From Candidatus Babelota bacterium (GTDB lineage Bacteria; Babelota; Babeliae; Babelales; Babelaceae): a stretch of DNA of 29,748 bases. Under the pieces are notes generated by a model. That model saw only the letters and a list, made by a program, of their open reading frames with translations, ran no database searches and had not been told where the DNA came from. The position numbers and the translations under genes were made by a program. The first letter of the stretch is position 1. Each line of letters starts with the position of its first letter. The stretch lies in assembly GCA_003174035.1 (NCBI GenBank), contig PRDV01000017.1:1-29748 (forward strand), written 5' to 3'. This document shows, one piece after another, positions 15,842 through 24,055 of this stretch.

Positions 15842-17254
15842 ATGAAACGTACACTGTTTTTTGTTTTAGCCTTTTTATACGCAAGCCTTACTATTTTCGG
15901 CAAGCAACCTGATTATACAAAAGATCGTAAAAAACAGAGTGAGCTCGTGCAGGTTATACCTAGTGAGCGCACACTCACCGAGCGTATGCTCACCGAGCGT
16001 GCAGAACCAATCAAGCTCATTGACGAAGTAATCGTCAACAAAAATAGAATCGATGTTCGCATAAATAGCGCATTTAAGAAAGCATATCTCAAGGAAGATT
16101 TCTTTGTTGAGTATGATGAAGACATCAATTGTGAAAAACTCGATTATTCGATTATCACCCTTCCCTTCATTATGAACGTCATGTCACTCATATGGGTTTC
16201 AGGCAAAGAGTACACAATACCAACGATGGACAAGGAGATCTATGCATCGCTTGAAAAAATCAAACAGCTCTTTGAGATCTTCTATCCTAAAACTCCCTGG
16301 AAAGGAAAGCTTATTCCAGAAAAACTGGTAAGCAATAGCTTAAATCGAAGCCAACAACCTATGATCGCTTTGTTATTTAGTGGCGGTGTAGATTCCACAG
16401 CAGCATCCCTCATTCATCGCGATAAAAAGCAGCTCCTCATAACTGCCTGGGGCCAAAGTTGCTTACCGCTCCAAGATCGCAAGATGTGGGAAACCATTAA
16501 GAAGCAGGTAATCTCCTTTGCTCATGAATACGGCCATGAGAATGCGTTTATCAAATCAAACTACTACTCATTTCTTAACTTAAAAACGCTTACGAACCTA
16601 TCCCCAGAAATAGTCACGTGGAGAATAGACACCATAGAGGATATTGGTTGGATTGGATTGACAGCACCTATCTTGTTTGCAAAGGGTATTTCAACGTTGC
16701 ATATAGCTTCTACAGAAAACTGGAATTCCAAATATGCGAATGCGGCAAATCCCTACATCGATGGTCTTATTACCTACGCTTCAATACATACCAAACACAA
16801 TCAGTTTGATGTAACTCGTTTTGATAAAATCGCTCTCATCAATGATCTTGCGAATCGCCATCTAGTTAAACGTCCAATATTGCCGGTATGTCAAAAACCT
16901 GGAGGTATCGTTAATTGTGGATCTTGTGAAAAATGTTGTATAACCTTGTTATGCTTATATACATTAGCTGCTAACCCACGCGAGTATGGTTTCAAAACCA
17001 CCTATGCAGAGGTCAAAAAAAATACCCTCTATCTTTGTGATAACAATACACTTTCTATAACAACAATCGAGCAACTAAAAGATCTTCAAAAACACATTGC
17101 TCTCGCAAAACATCCCACACATGACTTTTCATGGTTGATGAGCATAGATTTTAGCACAAAAAAGACATACGATGTTAAAAAACAGCAACCAGTCGATTGG
17201 AAAATAGTCGCTGGAAAATTTCCGGAGATTAAGAGCCCTTATAGTGGCTCATAG
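15842..17254 (+). CDS. PP-loop/4-Cys protein, paralog 3; function unknown
   Basis: IALLFSGGVDS; PVC-x8-C-x2-C-x2-C (CQKPGGIVNCGSCEKC). ATG 15842 lies 1 nt after the upstream stop and gives MKRTLFFVLAFLYASLTIFG; the ORF-track start at 15731 lies inside paralog 2. Confidence 0.7.
   Translation: MKRTLFFVLAFLYASLTIFGKQPDYTKDRKKQSELVQVIPSERTLTERMLTERAEPIKLIDEVIVNKNRIDVRINSAFKKAYLKEDFFVEYDEDINCEKLDYSIITLPFIMNVMSLIWVSGKEYTIPTMDKEIYASLEKIKQLFEIFYPKTPWKGKLIPEKLVSNSLNRSQQPMIALLFSGGVDSTAASLIHRDKKQLLITAWGQSCLPLQDRKMWETIKKQVISFAHEYGHENAFIKSNYYSFLNLKTLTNLSPEIVTWRIDTIEDIGWIGLTAPILFAKGISTLHIASTENWNSKYANAANPYIDGLITYASIHTKHNQFDVTRFDKIALINDLANRHLVKRPILPVCQKPGGIVNCGSCEKCCITLLCLYTLAANPREYGFKTTYAEVKKNTLYLCDNNTLSITTIEQLKDLQKHIALAKHPTHDFSWLMSIDFSTKKTYDVKKQQPVDWKIVAGKFPEIKSPYSGS
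15965..16000 (+). repeat. Short in-frame 15-nt-period tandem repeat (SERTLTERMLTER)
   Basis: gagcgc-acaCTCACCGAGCGT-atgCTCACCGAGCGT; the 12-nt core is repeated exactly. Confidence 0.6.
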
Positions 17255-18228
17255 CCCTCATAAATACCGTCTTTATAAATACACTCTCGATAGGCATCTA
17301 ATAAGCGTTTGCGAGTGACATTGATATAGTCGATCCAATACTGCATATATAGCCGTTCGGGATTATATTTTTTCGAGGTAAATTCCTTATACGCTTCGTT
17401 TAAAAACTCTTCTGTTACCTGTTCCCAATTATCAATGAAGAGCACCGGCAATCCTTCGTACATATAATCTAGGTACGAATGTTGCACTATAGGAATCGTT
17501 CCCACCAAAAGACTTTCATAGATGCGATAGCAATCTGGTCCAAGTCCTGGGGGAGAAACAATGAATTTATGCAGAGCAGTTTCTCTAATATATTTTTCAA
17601 AGGGACACTGATGACCATTGTTACAAAATTTCTGTTCAAGAAAATAGTCCCGAATGCGCTTTCTATCAGGGTTACGCCAATCCGTGAAATTCATGTACAG
17701 CAACTTTTCTTTTTTAGTGTGACGATACTTAAGAAACTTATTGTGCACATCTTCTCTCTTTTTATAAATATCATGATATTGCACTATTCCAAGCGGTATC
17801 GGAAAAACACGTTCATGTTTTTTCTTGTGCGGGTGAATGGTAAACCATCCAAGAATGCGCGAATCCTCTAGATAATCAAAATAACCTTCCTGAAAGGTGT
17901 CAAGGTATTCTCCATGCGTCATAATAAAATAGGGAACTTTAATTTTGGAATGCATTGTCTTAAAAAAATGATGTGCATCACGCACAAAAACCATATCTCC
18001 TACTCGTACTTTTTTGGGATCAAATGTTGCTGGCCACACATCAGTTGAAGTTGGCCATACCGTGCGTGGATCAAACACAAAATCACACAGCTCTTGAAAT
18101 GCCCAACGTATGACAAAATTAGACGATGTGGTTGGGTAAAAAAGATCATGGTCTAGGCCAGCAAACAAGTGAATGTAAAGTGTTAATATGCATAATAATT
18201 TCTGCAAAATCTTACTGCTCATCGACAT
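17239..18228 (-). CDS. Exostosin/GT47-like glycosyltransferase (paralog 2)
   Basis: FIVSPPGLGPDCYRIYESLLVGTIPIV, FVIRWAFQELCDFVFDP, signal-like N-terminus. The 3' end overlaps the convergent paralog-3 PP-loop gene by 16 nt. Confidence 0.7.
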   Translation of the reverse strand: MSMSSKILQKLLCILTLYIHLFAGLDHDLFYPTTSSNFVIRWAFQELCDFVFDPRTVWPTSTDVWPATFDPKKVRVGDMVFVRDAHHFFKTMHSKIKVPYFIMTHGEYLDTFQEGYFDYLEDSRILGWFTIHPHKKKHERVFPIPLGIVQYHDIYKKREDVHNKFLKYRHTKKEKLLYMNFTDWRNPDRKRIRDYFLEQKFCNNGHQCPFEKYIRETALHKFIVSPPGLGPDCYRIYESLLVGTIPIVQHSYLDYMYEGLPVLFIDNWEQVTEEFLNEAYKEFTSKKYNPERLYMQYWIDYINVTRKRLLDAYRECIYKDGIYEGYEPL

Positions 18229-18239
18229 TACCCATTCAA

Positions 18240-19301
18240 TTACTTATACGTTGCTAAAAATTGAGACCTAACTGCTTCGATTTTATCGAGCCAATACTCC
18301 ATGTAGATCCGCTTAATATCATATTTACGAGACATGATCTCTGCGTACTTTTTATTAAGATACTCCTCATCTATTTCTTCCCATTCATCGATAATAAGCA
18401 CCGGCAATCCCTCAAATAATGGATCAAGCTGGGATTTGCGAACTATTGGAATGGAACCTACTAAAAGCGCTTCCCAGGTACGATAGCAATCCGGACCCAA
18501 ACCTGCTGGCGAAAGCGTAAATTTGCATTCAGACATCTCTTTTAGATAACTCTCAAAAGGTTGCCGCAATCCACGTTTACAATACTGTCGGTTTATAAAC
18601 ATTTCCCTCACTTTTTTTCGTTCAGGCTTCTGAAAATCAGCAAAATTCATATACAACAACTCTTTTTTCTCACTTGTTCTACGCAATCTCCCAAAAGTTG
18701 CATGGAGTTCCTTAGCTCTTTTATGATTCTCTGGCTGCTGAATTACGCCAAGAGGAATTGGAGTAAATTTAGCGTGCAAAGTTTTACAGGGGTGGATACC
18801 AAACCAACGAATCACTTTAGGATCTTCTAAATAAGCATAGTACTTTTTTTTCATTGATTCTAAGCAATCTCCATGCGTAAGGATCATATAAGGATTTTTA
18901 ATGTAAGGATGCATGGTTTCAAAAAACAGAGGGGCATTCCGCACGAAAATGAGATCTCCCGCTTCTACCAAACTCGGGTCAAAAGTTATGCCACCTTCTT
19001 TTAGCGTCGTCGGCCAGTGCCATTTGTCGGTTAATGGGTCAAATACATGATCACAATATCTCTGAAATTCCCAACGAATTACAAAATGACGTGATGATTC
19101 CCCATAATAGAGCGGATCATCATTGCCTAATACCCCACGATATACAACAGCCTGGTCAGCGTTTGCATTTTCAGACAATAAATCAAAAAGCAACGTATTT
19201 TGACGCACTGGATCTTGCTGTGCTGGATCTGAACTAAGTATATTGGCTCTGCAATATCCGGCCACTAATAAGCATAGCCCTATCACCCCCCCTATCTTCA
19301 T
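18240..19301 (-). CDS. Exostosin/GT47-like glycosyltransferase (paralog 3)
   Basis: FTLSPAGLGPDCYRTWEALLVGSIPIV, FVIRWEFQRYCDHVFDP, MKIGGVIGLCLLVAGYCRA signal followed by an extra ~30-aa linker. Confidence 0.7.
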   Translation of the reverse strand: MKIGGVIGLCLLVAGYCRANILSSDPAQQDPVRQNTLLFDLLSENANADQAVVYRGVLGNDDPLYYGESSRHFVIRWEFQRYCDHVFDPLTDKWHWPTTLKEGGITFDPSLVEAGDLIFVRNAPLFFETMHPYIKNPYMILTHGDCLESMKKKYYAYLEDPKVIRWFGIHPCKTLHAKFTPIPLGVIQQPENHKRAKELHATFGRLRRTSEKKELLYMNFADFQKPERKKVREMFINRQYCKRGLRQPFESYLKEMSECKFTLSPAGLGPDCYRTWEALLVGSIPIVRKSQLDPLFEGLPVLIIDEWEEIDEEYLNKKYAEIMSRKYDIKRIYMEYWLDKIEAVRSQFLATYK

Positions 19302-20254
19302 CTATTCCCCTTATACTCTTCTAAAAATGCTTGCCTCACCTCTTCTATCTTTTTCCACCAATATTCCATAAATAACTTCTCGATAGTGAATTTTTTGGAT
19401 GTCATTTCATGCCACTTCCTTTCAAGATACTCTTCGGTAATTTCTTTCCAATCGTGGATGATAAGAATCGGCAAATCCTCATATAAAGGGTCTAAATGCG
19501 ATGTGTGCACTATTGGAATCGACCCTACAAGCATCGCTTCCCAATTTCTATACGAATCAGGGCCATACCCTCGTGGCGAAAGCGTAAATTTAAAATGAGC
19601 CATTTCTTTCATGTAATCAAGAAACGGCAATCGCTTTGCTTTATAGCAAAAAGGCAGCGTATCAAAGAGATCATCCACTTCTGCCCTCTCAGGTTTCTTT
19701 CCCAAAAGATCTCCATAGTTACTGTAAAGAAGATTTTCTTTAGGAATAGCTCTCAGGCGAGCAAAAAGCTGAGTAAGCTCTGCACGGGGTTCATAATATT
19801 TTTTATCCTGATAAATCCCCAGGGGAAGCATGAAAAATTTGGGGTGAGTTCGAGCACTCGCATGCACACTAAACCATGCAATAATTTTTTCATCATCAAG
19901 ATAATCAATACATTCCTCTTTAACAGTATCACGATATTCCCCAGCAGTTACCATAATATAGGGGTGCTTAATTTTATGATGAAGCTTTTTATGGAACAGC
20001 GCCACATCGCGGACGAAAATAATATCTCCTGGTCGTACATCAGCAGGATTGAGCGTTACCCCATCATGCTTTGATGGCCACAAAAATTTGTTCGTACGTG
20101 GATCAAATACATGATGACAGATTTTTTGAAAACCCCAGCGATTTACATAATTTTCTGAGTAAATTCCATAAAAGATATGTGAATTTTCATTATAATGGGC
20201 GTGAGCATAAAAACCCATTAAAAGAATAAATGCAAGTAATGTTGCGAGCTTCAC
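19298..20254 (-). CDS. Exostosin/GT47-like glycosyltransferase (paralog 4)
   Basis: FTLSPRGYGPDSYRNWEAMLVGSIPIV; GTG start; MKLATLLAFILLMGFYAHA signal; ATGA overlap with paralog 3. Confidence 0.7.
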   Translation of the reverse strand: MKLATLLAFILLMGFYAHAHYNENSHIFYGIYSENYVNRWGFQKICHHVFDPRTNKFLWPSKHDGVTLNPADVRPGDIIFVRDVALFHKKLHHKIKHPYIMVTAGEYRDTVKEECIDYLDDEKIIAWFSVHASARTHPKFFMLPLGIYQDKKYYEPRAELTQLFARLRAIPKENLLYSNYGDLLGKKPERAEVDDLFDTLPFCYKAKRLPFLDYMKEMAHFKFTLSPRGYGPDSYRNWEAMLVGSIPIVHTSHLDPLYEDLPILIIHDWKEITEEYLERKWHEMTSKKFTIEKLFMEYWWKKIEEVRQAFLEEYKGNR

Positions 20255-20289
20255 TGTTTCCCCCCTATCCGTTCTCCCTAACTGCTAAC

Positions 20290-20358
20290 AGTATGCCCAA
20301 TTTTCCAGAAAGCACTCAAGAGTTTGTGTTGACAAATCTAACTGTGCTTCTCTAAGCT
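20290..20358. promoter_or_regulatory. Back-to-back divergent sigma70 promoter candidates between GT47 paralogs 4 and 5
   Basis: Minus strand: TTGAGT-18-CATACT (20319-20290). Plus strand: TTGACA-18-TAAGCT (20329-20358). Confidence 0.4.
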
Positions 20359-20375
20359 GAAAAACAAAAAGGGGA

Positions 20376-21455
20376 GTGCTCATGTCTTCTAGGAAATTGT
20401 ACAATAACGCGGTCTCTCTTATATTGATCGTTTCATTGAACGTGCAATATAATACATGTGCGGGTAAGAATATATTTGATGAGCCTCAAGCTTCATGTAA
20501 TTTTATTATACGGTGGGCATTTGCAAAATTATGTAATCATTTCTATGACCCGAACACCGTGCCCTGTTCCTGGCCTACAAAGCCTCAAGGTATAAGCTTT
20601 CATCCCTCTGATATTAACGAAACCGATGTCATTTTTGTCCGGAATACTAAACGCTTTTTTAGTGAAATGCATCCCCATATTAACCACCCTTACATTATAC
20701 TAACTCATGGTGATTATCGCGATACCTGCGATGAGAATTTTTTCCATTACCTTGATGATCCAAAAATAATTGCCTGGTTGAGCATACATCCCTTTAAAAA
20801 GGCTCATAAAAAATTCGTACCTCTTCCTCTTGGCATTAGGCAAGAACACGCCTATTTTGAAAACAAAGAGATTTATAACGAGTTTTTCAAAAATTTACGA
20901 GAGCAAGCATCTAAGGATAAACTTCTTTGTTTAAATTTTGACCCAGAAAAAAATCAACTACGAGAGGCAATAATCGAAAAATTTTCAAGTAAGCCTTGGT
21001 GTTGCAGGCAAGAGAAACTACCATTTATTCAATACATGAAAGAAATGTCCACCTATAAATTTGTATTTTCACCACGAGGCTGGGGCCCAGACTCCTATCG
21101 GACTTGGGAAGCTCTTCTCGTAGGAACCATCCCTATCGTAAAAAGAGGCGAATTTGAAATTATTGACATTGTAAAGGGAATAATACCAGAATCTCTGGAC
21201 CAATCAGTTGACTCTCAGTTAGACACCCTCTATGCCAATCTTCCAGTACTCCTGATTGACGATTGGGCAAACATCACTGAAGAATTCCTCAAGCAGAAAT
21301 ATATTGAGATGACCAAAAAAAATTATGATTTAGCATCGCTCTACATGGAATACTGGGTCAGCAAAATAGATGCTATAAAAGAACATCATTATCAAGATAA
21401 AATCGATAAAATGAGTATCTTTAGCCAGCTGCGCAAAGAACATTCTGAGGAATAA
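20376..21455 (+). CDS. Exostosin/GT47-like glycosyltransferase (paralog 5)
   Basis: FVFSPRGWGPDSYRTWEALLVGTIPIV, FIIRWAFAKLCNHFYDP. Start is GTG 20376 or ATG 20382. The 3' end overlaps the convergent gene by 35 nt. Confidence 0.7.
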   Translation: MLMSSRKLYNNAVSLILIVSLNVQYNTCAGKNIFDEPQASCNFIIRWAFAKLCNHFYDPNTVPCSWPTKPQGISFHPSDINETDVIFVRNTKRFFSEMHPHINHPYIILTHGDYRDTCDENFFHYLDDPKIIAWLSIHPFKKAHKKFVPLPLGIRQEHAYFENKEIYNEFFKNLREQASKDKLLCLNFDPEKNQLREAIIEKFSSKPWCCRQEKLPFIQYMKEMSTYKFVFSPRGWGPDSYRTWEALLVGTIPIVKRGEFEIIDIVKGIIPESLDQSVDSQLDTLYANLPVLLIDDWANITEEFLKQKYIEMTKKNYDLASLYMEYWVSKIDAIKEHHYQDKIDKMSIFSQLRKEHSEE

Positions 21456-21894
21456 CACTCAGAACTTTCTTTTTTGAAAACTCCTTCTCTTCACCATTTT
21501 CAGCAACGATAAAAGTGAAATAGAAAGGGATCTCTGCTTTTTCGCCTTCGGATACATGTAATTCAGGATCAACTTTAAATGTTACCGCTATGCGCATGGT
21601 ATTCCCTGCTGAAAAATCATAGATTTCTCCATAGATGCGTTTAAAATCTTTAGCGTAGCTGATCGGCAAACTGTTTTTAGCTTCTTTGGCAGATACGAAC
21701 GTTAAGCCCCTTGGTACATAACAATAAAAACAAAGCATTTCAGTGCAGCATGCGCCAGGATTTGAAACATTAACCACATATTCGATTTCATCTTGAAGCT
21801 TTGCTTGCTGTGGTCCATTAACCCTGACAGCCACTTCAGCATATAGTCCTGTAGGTATAACCATAAAATTCATCAAAAGCATTATCTGTTTCAT
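21421..21894 (-). CDS. Small exported DUF11-like (Ig-like, OmcB-repeat-type) domain protein, copy A
   Basis: Signal peptide ending GLYA, then VRVNGPQQAKLQDEIEYVVNVSNPG...VPRGLTFVSA...G-x-T-x-x-I-x-V-T-F-K-V pattern. AGGGGG RBS. Confidence 0.55.
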   Translation of the reverse strand: MKQIMLLMNFMVIPTGLYAEVAVRVNGPQQAKLQDEIEYVVNVSNPGACCTEMLCFYCYVPRGLTFVSAKEAKNSLPISYAKDFKRIYGEIYDFSAGNTMRIAVTFKVDPELHVSEGEKAEIPFYFTFIVAENGEEKEFSKKKVLSVIPQNVLCAAG

Positions 21895-21967
21895 ACATCC
21901 CCCTTTAAGATATCTGTTCCCTGATTTTTAGCATAAGAAAAAGGACCCTCAAAAAACAAGAAAATGA

Positions 21968-21997
21968 TTGCATCTAATGACTCTATTGTAGTACCTT
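21968..21997 (+). promoter_or_regulatory. Candidate sigma70 promoter for the fucosyltransferase-like gene
   Basis: TTGCAT-18 nt-TACCTT, 42 nt upstream of ATG 22040. Confidence 0.3.
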
Positions 21998-22039
21998 CCT
22001 GAAAGAATCGCCTAAACTTTTTTGATAAAAGGATACCGA

Positions 22040-23158
22040 ATGAATGTCAAATTATTTTGTAAACAAGTATTTCTACTATGTATAATGATTATTCCCACTG
22101 GGTGCTTTTCAAGCTCAGTTACCTATAACTTCAGCGGTGGTCGCTTTGGTGATAATCTTGTAGCCTACTGCCATGCGCGATGGCTTTCTTATAAGTTTGG
22201 CTTAAATTTCCTCTATCGTCCTTTTGAATATTCAGATCAATTGAAAATGCATACGATACATAAACCATTTGATCTTGATCATCAAACCCAATTTAAAAAG
22301 GTTGTAGAATTTCCGGAAGAAAGTGGGCATCAATCGTATCTTACATTTGATCAAACTGAAGAGATACTCTATGTTATTCCTTATTTTCCTGAATGCAAAG
22401 ATGATATTAAACGGCGCAATTTCTTCCATTTTGATATCGATTGGCGTGATCAAGGATTTAACCAACTTATCAAACAAGAAATTGCTAGCATAAATCCTAT
22501 CAGCCTCGTCGATCTTCCCAAAGATCGTATTGCTCTTGCGGTCCATGTTCGCACAGGCGCAGGCTGGGATAGGGTTATCCAAATCCGATCTCAGGCAGAT
22601 GAAGTTAATAATGCTGCCATGGAAGATGAATTAAAAAAATTGATTGAAATCAAACGCACCTCTCGGGGAACTGACCAAGCTGCTAATGTATCCACTTCCA
22701 AGTTTGCTGATAAAAAACATCCGCTTAAATTTCCGCCAGATAGTTTTTATATCGAACAAATAAAGAAAACTTCAGAACTTCTAAGCGATTTGCCACTCTA
22801 CGTGCACATATTCACTGATAGTTCTAATCCCGAAGAGTTAATGAACTACTACAAAGCGGCAGTTAACAAACCTAACATCACCTATGGATGCCGCAAAGAA
22901 GGAAATAGACATGATCAAAACGTGCTAGACGATTTTTTTAATTTATTACGCTTTGACGGCATTATTAGAGGGGAATCAAACCTTGCAATTATGGCTTCAA
23001 GAATAGCTCACTATAAAATTGATATTTTTCCCACAGATTATCTGTGGCATCGAAACAGACTGGCCATTACCGATGTACAAACCACTATCCAGGAGTGCAT
23101 CGAATTGTACCACAAGAACCCGGGAACAAGTATTTTTGAGTGTACAAGAAGTAACTAA
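22040..23158 (+). CDS. Fucosyltransferase-fold (GT11/GT23-like) glycosyltransferase with signal peptide
   Basis: GGRFGDNL N-terminal motif, AVHVRTG (motif I), VHIFTD (motif II), DDFFNLLRFDGIIRGESNLAIMA (motif III). ATG 22040 (AAGGA upstream) is preferred over TTG 22022. Confidence 0.55.
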   Translation: MNVKLFCKQVFLLCIMIIPTGCFSSSVTYNFSGGRFGDNLVAYCHARWLSYKFGLNFLYRPFEYSDQLKMHTIHKPFDLDHQTQFKKVVEFPEESGHQSYLTFDQTEEILYVIPYFPECKDDIKRRNFFHFDIDWRDQGFNQLIKQEIASINPISLVDLPKDRIALAVHVRTGAGWDRVIQIRSQADEVNNAAMEDELKKLIEIKRTSRGTDQAANVSTSKFADKKHPLKFPPDSFYIEQIKKTSELLSDLPLYVHIFTDSSNPEELMNYYKAAVNKPNITYGCRKEGNRHDQNVLDDFFNLLRFDGIIRGESNLAIMASRIAHYKIDIFPTDYLWHRNRLAITDVQTTIQECIELYHKNPGTSIFECTRSN

Positions 23159-23164
23159 CGTTGA

Positions 23165-23200
23165 TAATCCCCGGATTTTAAGCATTTTAAGCCGGGGATT
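23165..23200. terminator. Probable bidirectional terminator between convergent genes
   Basis: TAATCCCCGG-16 nt (partly paired)-CCGGGGATTA, perfect 10-bp arms between the stops at 23158 and 23227. Confidence 0.65.
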
Positions 23201-23226
23201 ACCGTTTCATCGAAAATAAATAATAA

Positions 23227-23811
23227 TTATTCTAACACTTTGACCATGATGTATCTTTTACCATTCCATGGCCTAAATCCTTCACTAGCATATAAATTGC
23301 GAGCAACCTCAAAGTTCCCTCCCCAAACGTTCAACATCACGGTTGAGATCCCATATGACTTAAAAATCTGGTATGCTTCATGCAATAGTTTCTTACCATA
23401 CCCCTGTCGATAAAATCTCGGCTCAATTTTTAGCAATTGAATGAAACCATAAGGTTCTTTCCCTGAGGACCATGCTGACTTCTCTAACACAAAAATCTTA
23501 ATCTGCCCTATCAGAACGTTGTCTTTGTTTGAAAGCAAAATTTTTAACATTTTCCCATGCTCGGTGAAATAGGCCTTGTCTTTGGGAAGATAAATTGTTT
23601 GAGGTACATCTATGGTGCAGATAAGCCTATTTCCATTTTCAACTTCACGTATTTTTGCTTCATTAGGATTATACATAGCTGTTACATCACGATCACCCTG
23701 CTCCAATTTACTCAATTCCAAAGCATTCACGTTAGGTAATGCTATACAAAAGGTATTATACATAATCAGACTAATCACAATAAACAGAGATGATCTTTGC
23801 ACAATATTCAT
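23227..23811 (-). CDS. GNAT family acetyltransferase with signal peptide
   Basis: FIQLLKIEPRFYRQGYGKKLL (motif A, R/Q-x-x-G-x-G), VMLNV...NFEVARNLYASEGF (motif B). Confidence 0.82.
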   Translation of the reverse strand: MNIVQRSSLFIVISLIMYNTFCIALPNVNALELSKLEQGDRDVTAMYNPNEAKIREVENGNRLICTIDVPQTIYLPKDKAYFTEHGKMLKILLSNKDNVLIGQIKIFVLEKSAWSSGKEPYGFIQLLKIEPRFYRQGYGKKLLHEAYQIFKSYGISTVMLNVWGGNFEVARNLYASEGFRPWNGKRYIMVKVLE

Positions 23812-23850
23812 ACAGAGAATTCCTTTTCTGTTAAAAATTAAGTTTTTATT

Positions 23851-23880
23851 TTTATAATATCATAGATCACAAACAAGCAA
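23851..23880 (-). promoter_or_regulatory. Candidate sigma70 promoter for the GNAT gene
   Basis: TTGCTT-18 nt-TATAAA on the minus strand. Confidence 0.35.
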
Positions 23881-23968
23881 CAAGAATAGCTTTAAAAAAA
23901 ACAAAAGCCCTTGTTTGATATTCTACCGTTTGAGATTAAGCTTACCACGTGCTGAAATAGCCCTCACC

Positions 23969-24007
23969 AACAAGCGTACGGCCCTTAAACAGGACCGTGC
24001 GCTTGTT
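23969..24007. terminator. Intergenic hairpin downstream of the LicD-like gene (terminator or structured element)
   Basis: AACAAGCGTACGGCCCT-taaac-AGGACCGTGCGCTTGTT, 17-bp arms with 2 transition mismatches and only a short U-tract. Confidence 0.45.
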
Positions 24008-24055
24008 AAAAATATCACGTTATTTTCTTTCTCAGATAGGGCTGAGCACAAGATA

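Noticed and set aside
12993-17254. Calling the trio queC or part of a QatC/CBASS-type deazaguanine defence system
   Set aside because: Only the PP-loop and 4-Cys pattern match. The proteins are about twice QueC length and carry signal peptides, and no queD/queE/folE, TGT, cyclase, Qat or nuclease genes are nearby.
8422-21952. Shared 10-mer TTGAGGGTCC upstream of GT4-B (+, 8422) and DUF11-A (-, 21952) as an operator
   Set aside because: Two occurrences only, and each could simply be a -35 element.
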